Shown one piece after another: positions 55,781-64,000 of a DNA stretch of 64,000 nt. The notes beneath the pieces are model-generated. The model worked only from the letters and a program-made list of their open reading frames with translations, was not told where the DNA came from and made no database searches. Every line of letters begins with the position of its first letter. The first letter of the stretch is position 1. The DNA comes from a virus (Duplodnaviria > Caudoviricetes), in IMG/VR virus record IMGVR_UViG_2728369355_000004; one strand, written 5' to 3'. The translations under genes were made by a program, and so were the position numbers.

Positions 55781-57406
55781 GTGGCTAAATTGATAAACAC
55801 ATCTAATTACGTGAAAACCTATACCACTTTAAGTGACTTAACAGGCGGGGAAAAAAATAGTAAGGAAGAAATTATTAAAAAAATTAGTAAAGTTCCACTT
55901 GGCGGCGTATTTATAATACTGTCACAAATGAATTCTTATGGGGGAGAAAACCTTGAAATAAGAAAGATATTTCTCGATTATCTTAAAAGCATAGGAAGCA
56001 AAGATCTATCTCAAGTTTTAGGTGATAGTTCATTATATTCAGAGCAAGGACTTTTAACATTATGGAAATGGTTTTTCGTTTATGGAAATTACAACTCAAT
56101 CAACGAAAGCGTAGATCCAATTATTGGAGTAAACCAGATCATTCATCTTTGTATTGCTGTTTCTGATTACCTGTGTGATGAGATATCGGAGGAGAAAGCA
56201 AATAATTATTTTTTCTCAAATTCTGTGTTTAACAATAAGTCAAATCTAGGTTCCGATTTAGCGAGGTCTTCTCTAATTTTTGGAGAAATAGCCCAAAATG
56301 AAAATAATTTTGTATCTAAGGACTTTATAGATATTAACAAGATGTTTTCTGATAAATATGGTTACTCAATACAGGATTATCTAGCTATAATTTATGGTCT
56401 TATTGCTGGTTTTCTAAATAAAGGAACTAGCAATGCCGCTATAAGATCTGATTGGAATAAATCTATTAATTATTTTGATAAAACTCATAATCCAGATTTA
56501 GGAAAGAAAATAATTGATGAAATTTCTACTTCATTTCTAGACGCAAAAATATGGGCTCAAACATCCATAAACAATCCATGGGATTATACTTTGTTTCGTC
56601 AGAAACCATTACTAAAATTAGAAAACGGAAATTTTTATCCTATAAATCTATCGCTGTTATTTGATAAAGTTTTAAGTGATTTATATTTTAAAATCAGAGA
56701 AACCTCCCCTAAAAACAGTACACAAATAATAAGTTTTTTCGGAAAATGTTTCGAAAAATACGTGGAGATAATAACCAAAGAAACACTTGGGAGCCGAAAG
56801 AACAATATTCCATATGAGTTTATTCCTGAATTTAGTTATGGAAATAAAAGATCTAATAAATCCCCTGATGCACTTATAAGAGTTAAAGACACTTTGTTAG
56901 CAGTAGAAGCAAAGGTTTATCGTTTAAAGATGGACTCACTTTTTGGAGTTAAACCTGCTATTGAGTCGGATACAAAGAGGTTTGCTATAGACCCTATAAA
57001 TCAAATGCAAAACCGATTAAGCGAATTGAAGACACGATCTCATCAAATTATGAATGGTATTTCCAAAATATATCTAATATCACTTACATTCGGGTACTAT
57101 CCTACGCTTAAACCTTTTGAAGAGATGATTGATCAGATGATTGATGCGTCTGATTTACCGATCAAGGGAATTATTCACATGGATATAGAAGAGTATGAAT
57201 TCTTTTTAGAGTTAATTTCTAGAAAAGCCTCGTCACCTGCATCTCATTATCTTGAGAACAAAAAACAACTTGCTCCTTATACTTCTTTTAAAAATTTCTT
57301 ATTTTCTAGCTCTTTGTATCCTAAAAGACCTCAATACATTAAAGATAAGATACTGGAACACAGTAATAATATGAGGGAGACATTGTTTCAAACTGCACTG
57401 CGCTAA
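55781..57406 (+). CDS. AT-rich moron with C-terminal PD-(D/E)xK nuclease domain
   Basis: FGKCFEKYV...SPDALI...LLAVEAK; opposite strand to the phage genes. Confidence 0.7.
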   Translation: MAKLINTSNYVKTYTTLSDLTGGEKNSKEEIIKKISKVPLGGVFIILSQMNSYGGENLEIRKIFLDYLKSIGSKDLSQVLGDSSLYSEQGLLTLWKWFFVYGNYNSINESVDPIIGVNQIIHLCIAVSDYLCDEISEEKANNYFFSNSVFNNKSNLGSDLARSSLIFGEIAQNENNFVSKDFIDINKMFSDKYGYSIQDYLAIIYGLIAGFLNKGTSNAAIRSDWNKSINYFDKTHNPDLGKKIIDEISTSFLDAKIWAQTSINNPWDYTLFRQKPLLKLENGNFYPINLSLLFDKVLSDLYFKIRETSPKNSTQIISFFGKCFEKYVEIITKETLGSRKNNIPYEFIPEFSYGNKRSNKSPDALIRVKDTLLAVEAKVYRLKMDSLFGVKPAIESDTKRFAIDPINQMQNRLSELKTRSHQIMNGISKIYLISLTFGYYPTLKPFEEMIDQMIDASDLPIKGIIHMDIEEYEFFLELISRKASSPASHYLENKKQLAPYTSFKNFLFSSSLYPKRPQYIKDKILEHSNNMRETLFQTALR

Positions 57407-57429
57407 TATTACTTTGAAGGCAAATAACA

Positions 57430-57910
57430 AAAGCCGATGGTTCTCAGGTTCTAACACGCTCATCGAGTGTGTAACCGATCAATCCATCAGCTGCTTTTTG
57501 ATGTGCTTATAACTTTGAGTACAGGCAGCATGTTATTAAGCGGTAATTTGTAACATGCTGCTACCGCTAATCCGCCATGCCTGCAATGGACCTTCAGTGG
57601 ACATCCTTCTTGATCCAGGTTTATATTACCCTCTGAGTCCTGTCTCCGATTTAGTTTTAAATACGCCCTAACCCTCCGTCATGCGCTTGCCACTGCCGCC
57701 CCCATATACATGCGGTATGGTTCCCAACGGGAATTATTTCACAGCGATTACCGTCAATCGCTATAGTCCGCATTACGTGCGGAACAATCTGCCGCCCTTA
57801 TTGATGGGGTGTTATTACCCTCTTTACGGCTGTCTCCAATTAGTTGTAGTTAGTTTCGATGTGGGCGAGGCGTGTATCGGGCCTTGCGTCTATTCCGCCA
57901 CCACATTTAA
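57430..57910 (-). ncRNA. putative large structured RNA or RNA cluster
   Basis: Dense stems, an H-type pseudoknot, internal direct repeats and a 5' mini-tRNA-like element; no credible CDS. Confidence 0.5.
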
Positions 57911-57920
57911 ATCTTAACGA

Positions 57921-58175
57921 TTACAGAAGTTGACCGGCTAGTGCTTTAAGGCCACTTGGTATAGCAATTTGTTTGCCATTATCCTCATTTCCGTTTACAT
58001 AAGCTGTGTCTTTGTCTGCATAATAGATTACACCTTCGCCGCCGATAACCGGAAAACCGCTTTCGTCGTAATCCAGATTTGTACCCACATACTTGCCATG
58101 CTTAACTGCTTCATCTACCAATGGATGGAGATGGAGAATTTTTTCCTTGTCCAAGTAAGCGTAACTATGTGCCAT
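57921..58175 (-). CDS. small phage protein, first gene of the late operon; paralog of 50906
   Basis: MAHSYAYLDKEKILHLH...FPVIG...IP; RBS AGGAGG. Confidence 0.75.
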   Translation of the reverse strand: MAHSYAYLDKEKILHLHPLVDEAVKHGKYVGTNLDYDESGFPVIGGEGVIYYADKDTAYVNGNEDNGKQIAIPSGLKALAGQLL

Positions 58176-58217
58176 GTTTATTGCCTCCTAAAATAGTTTT
58201 AATTTGTTCCTGAATAA

Positions 58218-58249
58218 AGTGTAAATCCTTTCTACTCCGTACCTACTAC
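58218..58249 (-). promoter_or_regulatory. late promoter (GTAGTA-N20-TACACT)
   Basis: Extra GTAG repeats nearby; similar AAAGGA..TAnnCTTTATTCA context to the portal promoter. Confidence 0.65.
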
Positions 58250-58307
58250 GGATTTGCTAGTTCCTACTATCAGCAGAAAATAAAGTGGTAGACTGAGCCT
58301 AGAAATT

Positions 58308-58387
58308 GAAAACAGCGACAACCAAGGACGAAAAAAAGTCCTAGACTGTCGCTGTTCCATTGAACTAACGTTTCCCGTTAGCGTAAT
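58308..58387 (-). repeat. cassette-boundary site downstream of the ATPase
   Basis: GCTAACGGGAAACGTTAGTTCAAT plus CGACAG..TTGTCG hairpin; homologous to 24428-24489. Confidence 0.7.
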
Positions 58388-58459
58388 CAGCGATAAATAA
58401 ATAAGCTCAAATTTTTTTAATATACGCGGCGGATATATTTTTGTTCAAATCTTGTTTCT

Positions 58460-59389
58460 CTACTTATTGTGTAGAAACAGCCCTTTATGCTTATTGAAAA
58501 AATCAAAGTACACTTTTGGGTTTTCTAATTCCCACCATTGCTTTATGTCGACTGGATTAGCTTCTAAATCATATATTTTTGTAAACTCCATCGCCAGTAA
58601 AAACGGTGAGTGCGTTGCAATGATAAATTGACATCCGCAATAGTGAGCCATTTCCTCTATCATTTTGACAAGTTCAAGCTGCATTTTAGGAGATAGACTG
58701 TTCTCCGGTTCATCCAAACAATATAATGTGTCATTTTTAAATTTGGAATTAAAATAACTCAGGGCTGTCTCCCCATTGCTGTTCAGTTTAATTTCGGTGC
58801 CGGCGACTCTGCGAATAAACTCCCTGCGTGAAATTGATTTTTTTCTTGAGAGCACCTGTAACCTCAATGCTTCATAATCATCCATGCTATTCATTTTCAC
58901 TGTATTGCCGAATTTCAGATTTCCCCATTCCGATCTTATATCTTCTGTGCTATCCACGATTTCATCGTTGTTTGTGCGGACTGTAAGCATATAATCAAAA
59001 ATATCGTCACTTGTGATTATCCTGCTTCCATTTGGAATTCGATGTTTAAATCCCTCGTCGTCAAGTCCAAGTTCAAATTTACAATGTTCAACATATGAAC
59101 TGAACAATTCACTTGAATTGAATGGTGCAATACGATTTAGTTCCAATTTATTCGCTATGAGATTTAGAAGTGTGCTTTTCCCCGAGCCGTTTCCTCCATA
59201 TAAAATTGTGATTTTTGAAAAGCTCAATTCGGAAAACCGATTTTTTGAGAAAATGCCACATGGGTAAGTTTCGTCGACATATCCAAACCTACCGCCATTG
59301 TATGCCATTCTTTGTTCTATCAATGAGGATTCTTCATCTATAGGCAATATGAATTTATCTAAATACATTTTCATTCCTCCGTAATTCAT
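58460..59389 (-). CDS. ABC/AAA_21-type ATPase moron
   Basis: Walker A GGNGSGKST, SNGE signature, Walker B YCLDEPE, IATHSP. Confidence 0.85.
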   Translation of the reverse strand: MNYGGMKMYLDKFILPIDEESSLIEQRMAYNGGRFGYVDETYPCGIFSKNRFSELSFSKITILYGGNGSGKSTLLNLIANKLELNRIAPFNSSELFSSYVEHCKFELGLDDEGFKHRIPNGSRIITSDDIFDYMLTVRTNNDEIVDSTEDIRSEWGNLKFGNTVKMNSMDDYEALRLQVLSRKKSISRREFIRRVAGTEIKLNSNGETALSYFNSKFKNDTLYCLDEPENSLSPKMQLELVKMIEEMAHYCGCQFIIATHSPFLLAMEFTKIYDLEANPVDIKQWWELENPKVYFDFFNKHKGLFLHNK

Positions 59390-59568
59390 CTAACCTGCTC
59401 TTATGTTTTCTCTTCCGTTTCAATTTGAAGTTTTCAACTAGTAAACCTCCCTCAATAATGTGGGAGCTTCCTCTTTTAAAAGCATTGATTGCTCAATCCC
59501 CTTCCATTCATAGTCGATGTAGGTATTATAGCAGACGAAATCTACTTATCTTATCTTGGTTGTGCTAA

Positions 59569-59587
59569 TCTGCCCGTTAGCTTAATG
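59569..59587 (-). repeat. cassette-boundary motif upstream of the ATPase
   Basis: CATTAAGCTAACGGGCAGA. Confidence 0.7.
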
Positions 59588-59673
59588 AAGCACCCTCAAG
59601 ACTATTACTTTATTTTCAGTCTAGAACTTTAGACACCTAAAGTTAAGACCGCAAAGGCTTAAGCCCTTACGGT

Positions 59674-60312
59674 CTAATTTACTTCTGGCATCCTCAGTCC
59701 GATTTCACCTTCCCGGTTACGCCCTCTCCCGTAGTCTATAACCACAAGATCCAAAGTGCGATTTATTTTCAGACTGTTTGCTATATTGGCAATGGCTCTG
59801 CGCCGCTTGTCCGCAAAAGTAGTTTCTGAAATACTTGGAATATCACTGCGATAACCGTTTTTCATGTACTGTTGTGCTTTGAGATATTTCATGCCATCTA
59901 GAAACAACAGTTTGGCTATCAATCCCTCGTGCTTGTCGCGCATATTGTTTACTGCAAATTTAACGTTATTTGTGATGAATTTATAAAATTTATAGTTCAC
60001 GTGACGCTGATCCTTGAGGATAACCGTATTAGCTGTCACATCTGCCGTTAATTCTTGCCCAGTTACCCGTTTAGCAACCGATCCTTCAGCCGCGAGTATA
60101 TCATAGGCCGACATTCCATTTTCAATCTGTTGGAGGGAATATTCATAATTTTTTATCACATCGACTAGATCAGCGTATTTGCCCAGCAACCATTTCGTTT
60201 TTCGAATATCATCTTGTTCAAGATCATCGAAAAAATTTACCTGGATTATCTTCTGAGTATCGGCAGAATCATCTTCTTTGCTACGTATAATTACAGACTG
60301 TTCGTTATCCAT
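59674..60312 (-). CDS. putative late transcription activator (RinA/ArpU-like)
   Basis: Position at the end of the early region; C-terminal HTH-like ISETTFADKRRRAIANIA. Confidence 0.6.
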   Translation of the reverse strand: MDNEQSVIIRSKEDDSADTQKIIQVNFFDDLEQDDIRKTKWLLGKYADLVDVIKNYEYSLQQIENGMSAYDILAAEGSVAKRVTGQELTADVTANTVILKDQRHVNYKFYKFITNNVKFAVNNMRDKHEGLIAKLLFLDGMKYLKAQQYMKNGYRSDIPSISETTFADKRRRAIANIANSLKINRTLDLVVIDYGRGRNREGEIGLRMPEVN

Positions 60313-60436
60313 ATTTGTTCACTCCTTGCAAAACTAAATGTATCCGGTATAATCTGCTCAATCAACATATACCTATCTATACTGACTACACCCACATATA
60401 ACAGTAATGCGCATAATATAGAGGTATAGGCTCTTA

Positions 60437-60793
60437 TCATGGGGTGTCTCCTGTAGGATGAAGGAGAGCTCTTATCCTGGCTATCTCTGCATTAGCTTCA
60501 GTTAACTCTTTTTCAAGCCGGACACATTCTTCTGCGAGAGCATAGGTGTCTTTATCTGCTTTTTCTCGAATTTTACGAATTAATTCAAATCGTTTGGATT
60601 GCTTCAGCTCGGCTATCAGGGATTCAGATTCCTTTTGAGTATCGACGAGTACCTTTATATTATTTTTCAATATTTTATTTTCGGTTTCCAAAAAATACAG
60701 TCGTTTTGCTGCACCATCTGCCCGATTCTTTTCTTTTTCGGCTTCCAGTATCCAGTAATCCATGCGTTTTTCCCAGTCTGGTTTATCTGTCAT
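60437..60793 (-). CDS. hypothetical coiled-coil phage protein
   Basis: Coupled to the upstream ORF by an ATGA overlap. Confidence 0.6.
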   Translation of the reverse strand: MTDKPDWEKRMDYWILEAEKEKNRADGAAKRLYFLETENKILKNNIKVLVDTQKESESLIAELKQSKRFELIRKIREKADKDTYALAEECVRLEKELTEANAEIARIRALLHPTGDTP

Positions 60794-61116
60794 TGTTGTT
60801 CCTCCCCAGGTTCATATTTACCGAAAGCAACATCAGCAAGAAATTTATTTGGCCTACGGTCGTGCTTTTCCTGAATCAATTTGTACAACTGCACACAAGA
60901 AGGGCAAAATTCAAATCCCGTGTAATTCGTAGCGCATTCCTTGCACATTCCGTTGTTACAAGTCTGATGCTGCCCTCCGATCATGCGACCTCTTTCATCT
61001 TTCATGCTGGTCCAACTGTACCCAATGACGAAATCGCATAGCTGGGTAGACTCTCTTTTTTTACAGAATGAACATGGATACTTTGGCATTTTAAATACTT
61101 CCGGCATACCATTCAT
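60790..61116 (-). CDS. Cys-rich (Zn-finger-like) phage protein
   Basis: CSFC...LCD...C..MCKECA...FCPSC. Confidence 0.7.
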   Translation of the reverse strand: MNGMPEVFKMPKYPCSFCKKRESTQLCDFVIGYSWTSMKDERGRMIGGQHQTCNNGMCKECATNYTGFEFCPSCVQLYKLIQEKHDRRPNKFLADVAFGKYEPGEEQQ

Positions 61117-61173
61117 CCTCCCTTAGTGGGTACCCAAACCATAAGGCATGAGTACCCATGTATGATGTTTTGG

Positions 61174-61470
61174 TTACATTCCCGATGTGAATGCCAACAG
61201 CGGTTCCCCTAGCCAACGATTATTAACGATCTCTCGGACTGTTATCATCCCAACCTTGTCTTCATCCTCATAAACCTGAAGATTCATACTGACAATTTCT
61301 ACTTCTTCATCTGGGTAAAGGTCGCTGTCCTCCAGCCCGGTTAAACTCTTGTACCACTCTTTGGCTTCCTCCAACGAATAGGCGGCTACAGCGTCGCATT
61401 CGCATATCTGGTACACACGAACATCCACAAGACCCTTTGTTTCCGCTATCTGCAATTCATTCATTCTCAT
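61174..61470 (-). CDS. hypothetical phage protein
   Basis: RBS GGGAGG; VAAYSLEEAKEWY. Confidence 0.7.
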   Translation of the reverse strand: MRMNELQIAETKGLVDVRVYQICECDAVAAYSLEEAKEWYKSLTGLEDSDLYPDEEVEIVSMNLQVYEDEDKVGMITVREIVNNRWLGEPLLAFTSGM

Positions 61471-61636
61471 TCATCCTCCCTTAGTGGGTGTAGGTCCTAC
61501 ACCCTGTATTGGTTTAATCATCATAAGTGTTGAGTTAAAACTTCGGATCTCATATTGTCTACTACAACTTCATTTAACATATTGTTCACCTCAATTAAAT
61601 CTGGTAAAATTAAATTCAAAAAATTAGGAGAAAAAT

Positions 61637-61837
61637 ATGAACCTTTTAACAGTACTTCTTATGTGTATTCCGCTTTATGCTGCATTCAGAGCTTTTATAA
61701 TCACTCGTGATCCAGAAGCAAAAAAAAGAATTCCAAAAACGACACTAAAAGCTCTAACTTTTTTTGCTTATTTTATATTTATCGTTTTGGGATTTTTTAT
61801 AATTACAGAAGGTATAGAATACCTCTCTCAGTTATAA
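61637..61837 (+). CDS. small 2-TM membrane moron
   Basis: RBS AGGAG; opposite strand with its own AT-rich upstream region. Confidence 0.65.
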   Translation: MNLLTVLLMCIPLYAAFRAFIITRDPEAKKRIPKTTLKALTFFAYFIFIVLGFFIITEGIEYLSQL

Positions 61838-61923
61838 TTGAATTGGTAGTTGCAAGTAGTTTTATAAATCTGAAGGGATTTAGAGTACGGGGTAAAGGCT
61901 GTTATGCCTCAACCCTCTTTGAT

Positions 61924-62109
61924 TTATCTAATATCTATGTCAATCAGCTCTAATCCCCCTAATTCCTCTATTTCTTGTGGGCTTAGGCTCATTTTGGGCT
62001 TTTCAGACCGAATCTGCGCTCCAATCTCACGTATGCTATTCCCTTCGTATTCTCCTAGATATACCAACTGTCTCACCGCTACTGTTCCATACGCTTTGTA
62101 TTTCCTCAT
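61924..62109 (-). CDS. hypothetical phage protein
   Basis: RBS AAGGAGAG. Confidence 0.6.
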   Translation of the reverse strand: MRKYKAYGTVAVRQLVYLGEYEGNSIREIGAQIRSEKPKMSLSPQEIEELGGLELIDIDIR

Positions 62110-62138
62110 TGTTTATCTCTCCTTTATAGGTAGTAGGC

Positions 62139-62354
62139 TTAGGTCTCTTCCTCGTAATCATCTTCATAAGACTCAATATGCTGCACATCATCACCTTCTG
62201 AGGTTCCCATAAATTCGCCATTGATATAGTAGGTATAGGCTGTATATGGTTGCGTCTGAACGCAATCAGTGCAGTATACTTTGCCGTCAACGACGAAATG
62301 CTCTGTATCTGGCTGGATTTCATTAGGGCAGTTACTACAGACCCGCTTACTCAC
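62139..62354 (-). CDS. small Zn-ribbon protein
   Basis: CSNC...YCTDC; RBS AAGGAGAG. Confidence 0.65.
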   Translation of the reverse strand: MSKRVCSNCPNEIQPDTEHFVVDGKVYCTDCVQTQPYTAYTYYINGEFMGTSEGDDVQHIESYEDDYEEET

Positions 62355-62383
62355 GTTATCTCTCCTTTGATATAGGGGATGCC

Positions 62384-63136
62384 CTAAAATAGTGTTAATT
62401 GCATATTCTCAATGCGCTGTATACCAGCTTCAGCAAAATCTTTGTCTCGTTCGATAACAATGTATTTACGGTTGGTACGGATAGCTGCTGCAGCCGTGAC
62501 GCAGCTCCCACCGCAATTGTCCAGCACCGTTTCACCTTCATTCGTGTAGGTGCGTATAAGGTATTCACACAGCTCCACGGGCTTCTGATTGGGGTGTATT
62601 CGCTCCGGGTCGTCATTGTTAACGACTGGGAAATACAGCACGCTCCGGGGCAATCTGTCAGTCTGACCAGCTTCATTTGTCCAAGGTGTTCCGGAACCAT
62701 ACACAGTTGATTTATGGTTATTTGTCGCCTTGTTCATCGGCTTGTGGCCTTGTGTCATTTGCGGGTTATAAGTAGGAGGCCGCTTATAAAACACCAAGAT
62801 ATTTTCATGAGCCTGCAGCGGCATGCTTGCCGAGTTCAAATGCCCGGTCGCCTTATTTTTCTCCCAGATCCACTCATATCTGAATAGCTTGAGATTGCTG
62901 GCTGCCAACGTCTTATCAAATGGTGCCTTGGCGAACAGGACAATCGCTCCGTTATCCTTTATGATCCGTTCGTAATGCCGCCATAGAGGGGCAAACGGCA
63001 GGACTGCATCCCACGGGCTTTTTGTTGTGCCGAACGGTAGATCACACAGGATCATGTTCACGCTACCTGAAGGTATGCTTGGGAATACATCGAAGCAGTT
63101 GGCGTTTATTATTTGATTTAACATTGGTTCAGACAT
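62384..63136 (-). CDS. orphan N6-A/N4-C DNA methyltransferase (beta class)
   Basis: CDLPFG motif IV, HPNQKP, VLDNCGGS motif I. Confidence 0.88.
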   Translation of the reverse strand: MSEPMLNQIINANCFDVFPSIPSGSVNMILCDLPFGTTKSPWDAVLPFAPLWRHYERIIKDNGAIVLFAKAPFDKTLAASNLKLFRYEWIWEKNKATGHLNSASMPLQAHENILVFYKRPPTYNPQMTQGHKPMNKATNNHKSTVYGSGTPWTNEAGQTDRLPRSVLYFPVVNNDDPERIHPNQKPVELCEYLIRTYTNEGETVLDNCGGSCVTAAAAIRTNRKYIVIERDKDFAEAGIQRIENMQLTLF

Positions 63137-63299
63137 CCTCGGCTTCCCAATGTTCAACATAATCAAACGATTCCTCCGTTTCATACCGCCCTTGGTAATC
63201 CCACGTGAAGGTTCCCTTATTAAAATCAATTGATGTTACCTGTACTGGCTCCGACTGGTTGATAAGTTTTGCCTTTAGCGATTCGATATTTATTTTCAT
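63129..63299 (-). CDS. hypothetical 56-aa protein
   Basis: Hand-translated MKINIESLKAKLINQSEPVQV...WEAEDV*; RBS AAGGAGGG. Confidence 0.55.
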   Translation of the reverse strand: MKINIESLKAKLINQSEPVQVTSIDFNKGTFTWDYQGRYETEESFDYVEHWEAEDV

Positions 63300-63341
63300 T
63301 GTGCTGTTCCCTCCTTCTTATCCCCTATGGGGCTATACTGT

Positions 63342-64000
63342 TTAATCCTCGAAACGTTCTCCATAACCATAAGATGGAGCCGGCTTACTAAAATTGTTCA
63401 AGGCATCAGATATCATATTTGTAAAAACAAGCATTTCTTTATCATCCATCGCTTCCAACAAACGCACTTCCCTAGCTTTCAAAGTTCGTCCTGCCGCTGA
63501 AGTAATCAGTTCAATGACTGGCTTTATGCTCTCCAAGCGTTCATTTTTATCGAATTCCACACGCTGCCGCGCCGCCAGTTTACGGTTGTGCTCTTCCCAA
63601 TCCTGTTCATCGAACCAAAAGTAATCGCCGTATTTATCACGGAATGCCGATATCCAAAATTGAAGGAGTTCTTCATTTATTTGTATCCGATCATGGCAAG
63701 GCCAGCAGAGTCGTAGTCCGTTCGTCTTTACGCCACGTCCTTTCCTGCCGCGTGGGTAAACGTGATGAGTAGTTGTAGCTTCGGCAGCTTTACAGCATTC
63801 GCAGATTCCGTTTGAATCAGCAATCAGTTCCGCTATTACATCCTTCGGGAATTCTCCACGCTCCTTGGTATTAGGCCGTGACTGGTGGTGAGAGAGAATA
63901 TCTTTCTTCCATTCAGGAACAGGTTTTTTATCCTTTTTCCGTTGTCCAAGGCTGCTGTAAGCCTTCTTTTGCTTGGGCTTTTTCTCCGGCTTCCAAAATG
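63342..64000 (-). CDS. HNH endonuclease-like protein (5' end outside the window)
   Basis: Open frame with CECC...THHVYPR...NGLRLCWPCH continues into ORF 63342..63560. Confidence 0.8.
   Translation of the reverse strand, partial: FWKPEKKPKQKKAYSSLGQRKKDKKPVPEWKKDILSHHQSRPNTKERGEFPKDVIAELIADSNGICECCKAAEATTTHHVYPRGRKGRGVKTNGLRLCWPCHDRIQINEELLQFWISAFRDKYGDYFWFDEQDWEEHNRKLAARQRVEFDKNERLESIKPVIELITSAAGRTLKAREVRLLEAMDDKEMLVFTNMISDALNNFSKPAPSYGYGERFED

Larger units (their letters stand above)
7070..64000 (-). mobile_element. siphovirus prophage integrated at the glnA 3' end (continues past the window)
   Basis: Complete packaging, head, tail and lysis modules; long tape measure; no sheath; att core at 7070. 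Confidence 0.95.

Noticed and set aside
57655-57680. Pistol ribozyme-like GGTTAGGGC...TTAAA on the minus strand
   Set aside because: The required pseudoknot partner GCCCTAA and the P1 stem are not present downstream
57624-57845. Direct repeats as a CRISPR or guide-RNA array
   Set aside because: Only two imperfect copies ~190 bp apart; no cas or nuclease partner and no regular spacer structure

Overview
Low-GC Firmicute DNA, most likely Paenibacillus (inferred from SLH proteins, an AloR/AloP-like pair and exosporium-type genes). From ~7070 to beyond 64000 lies a largely intact siphovirus prophage read on the minus strand. Its order is early genes/HNH/MTase, late activator, terminase, portal, lambda-like capsid, tail, lysis, then a ~13 kb accessory end. 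The left att core is a copy of the last 17 codons of glnA. Positions ~1140-7069 are the decayed relic of an earlier related prophage at the same site, with integrase, HNH and tail-chaperone fragments. The prophage carries two peptide-signalling systems: an Agr-like operon (AgrD, AgrB, a membrane sensor without kinase, and a LytTR protein without receiver) and an RRNPP AloR/AloP-like pair. Other cargo includes a type I toxin-antitoxin, an Hcp-like carrier-toxin with candidate immunity genes, NucB, a tyrosinase, an S-layer protein and two nuclease morons. Non-coding signals read from the sequence are: shared CTAAC..GTTAG/hairpin sites flanking unrelated morons like gene cassettes; an 18-bp palindrome before four late genes; a GTAGTA-N20-(-10) late promoter in three copies; a conserved +1 tail-chaperone frameshift site; and two paralogous small genes each followed by tRNA-like or structured RNA. 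TerS carries an inserted FtsK-gamma domain. All family calls come from motif recognition by eye, not database searches.
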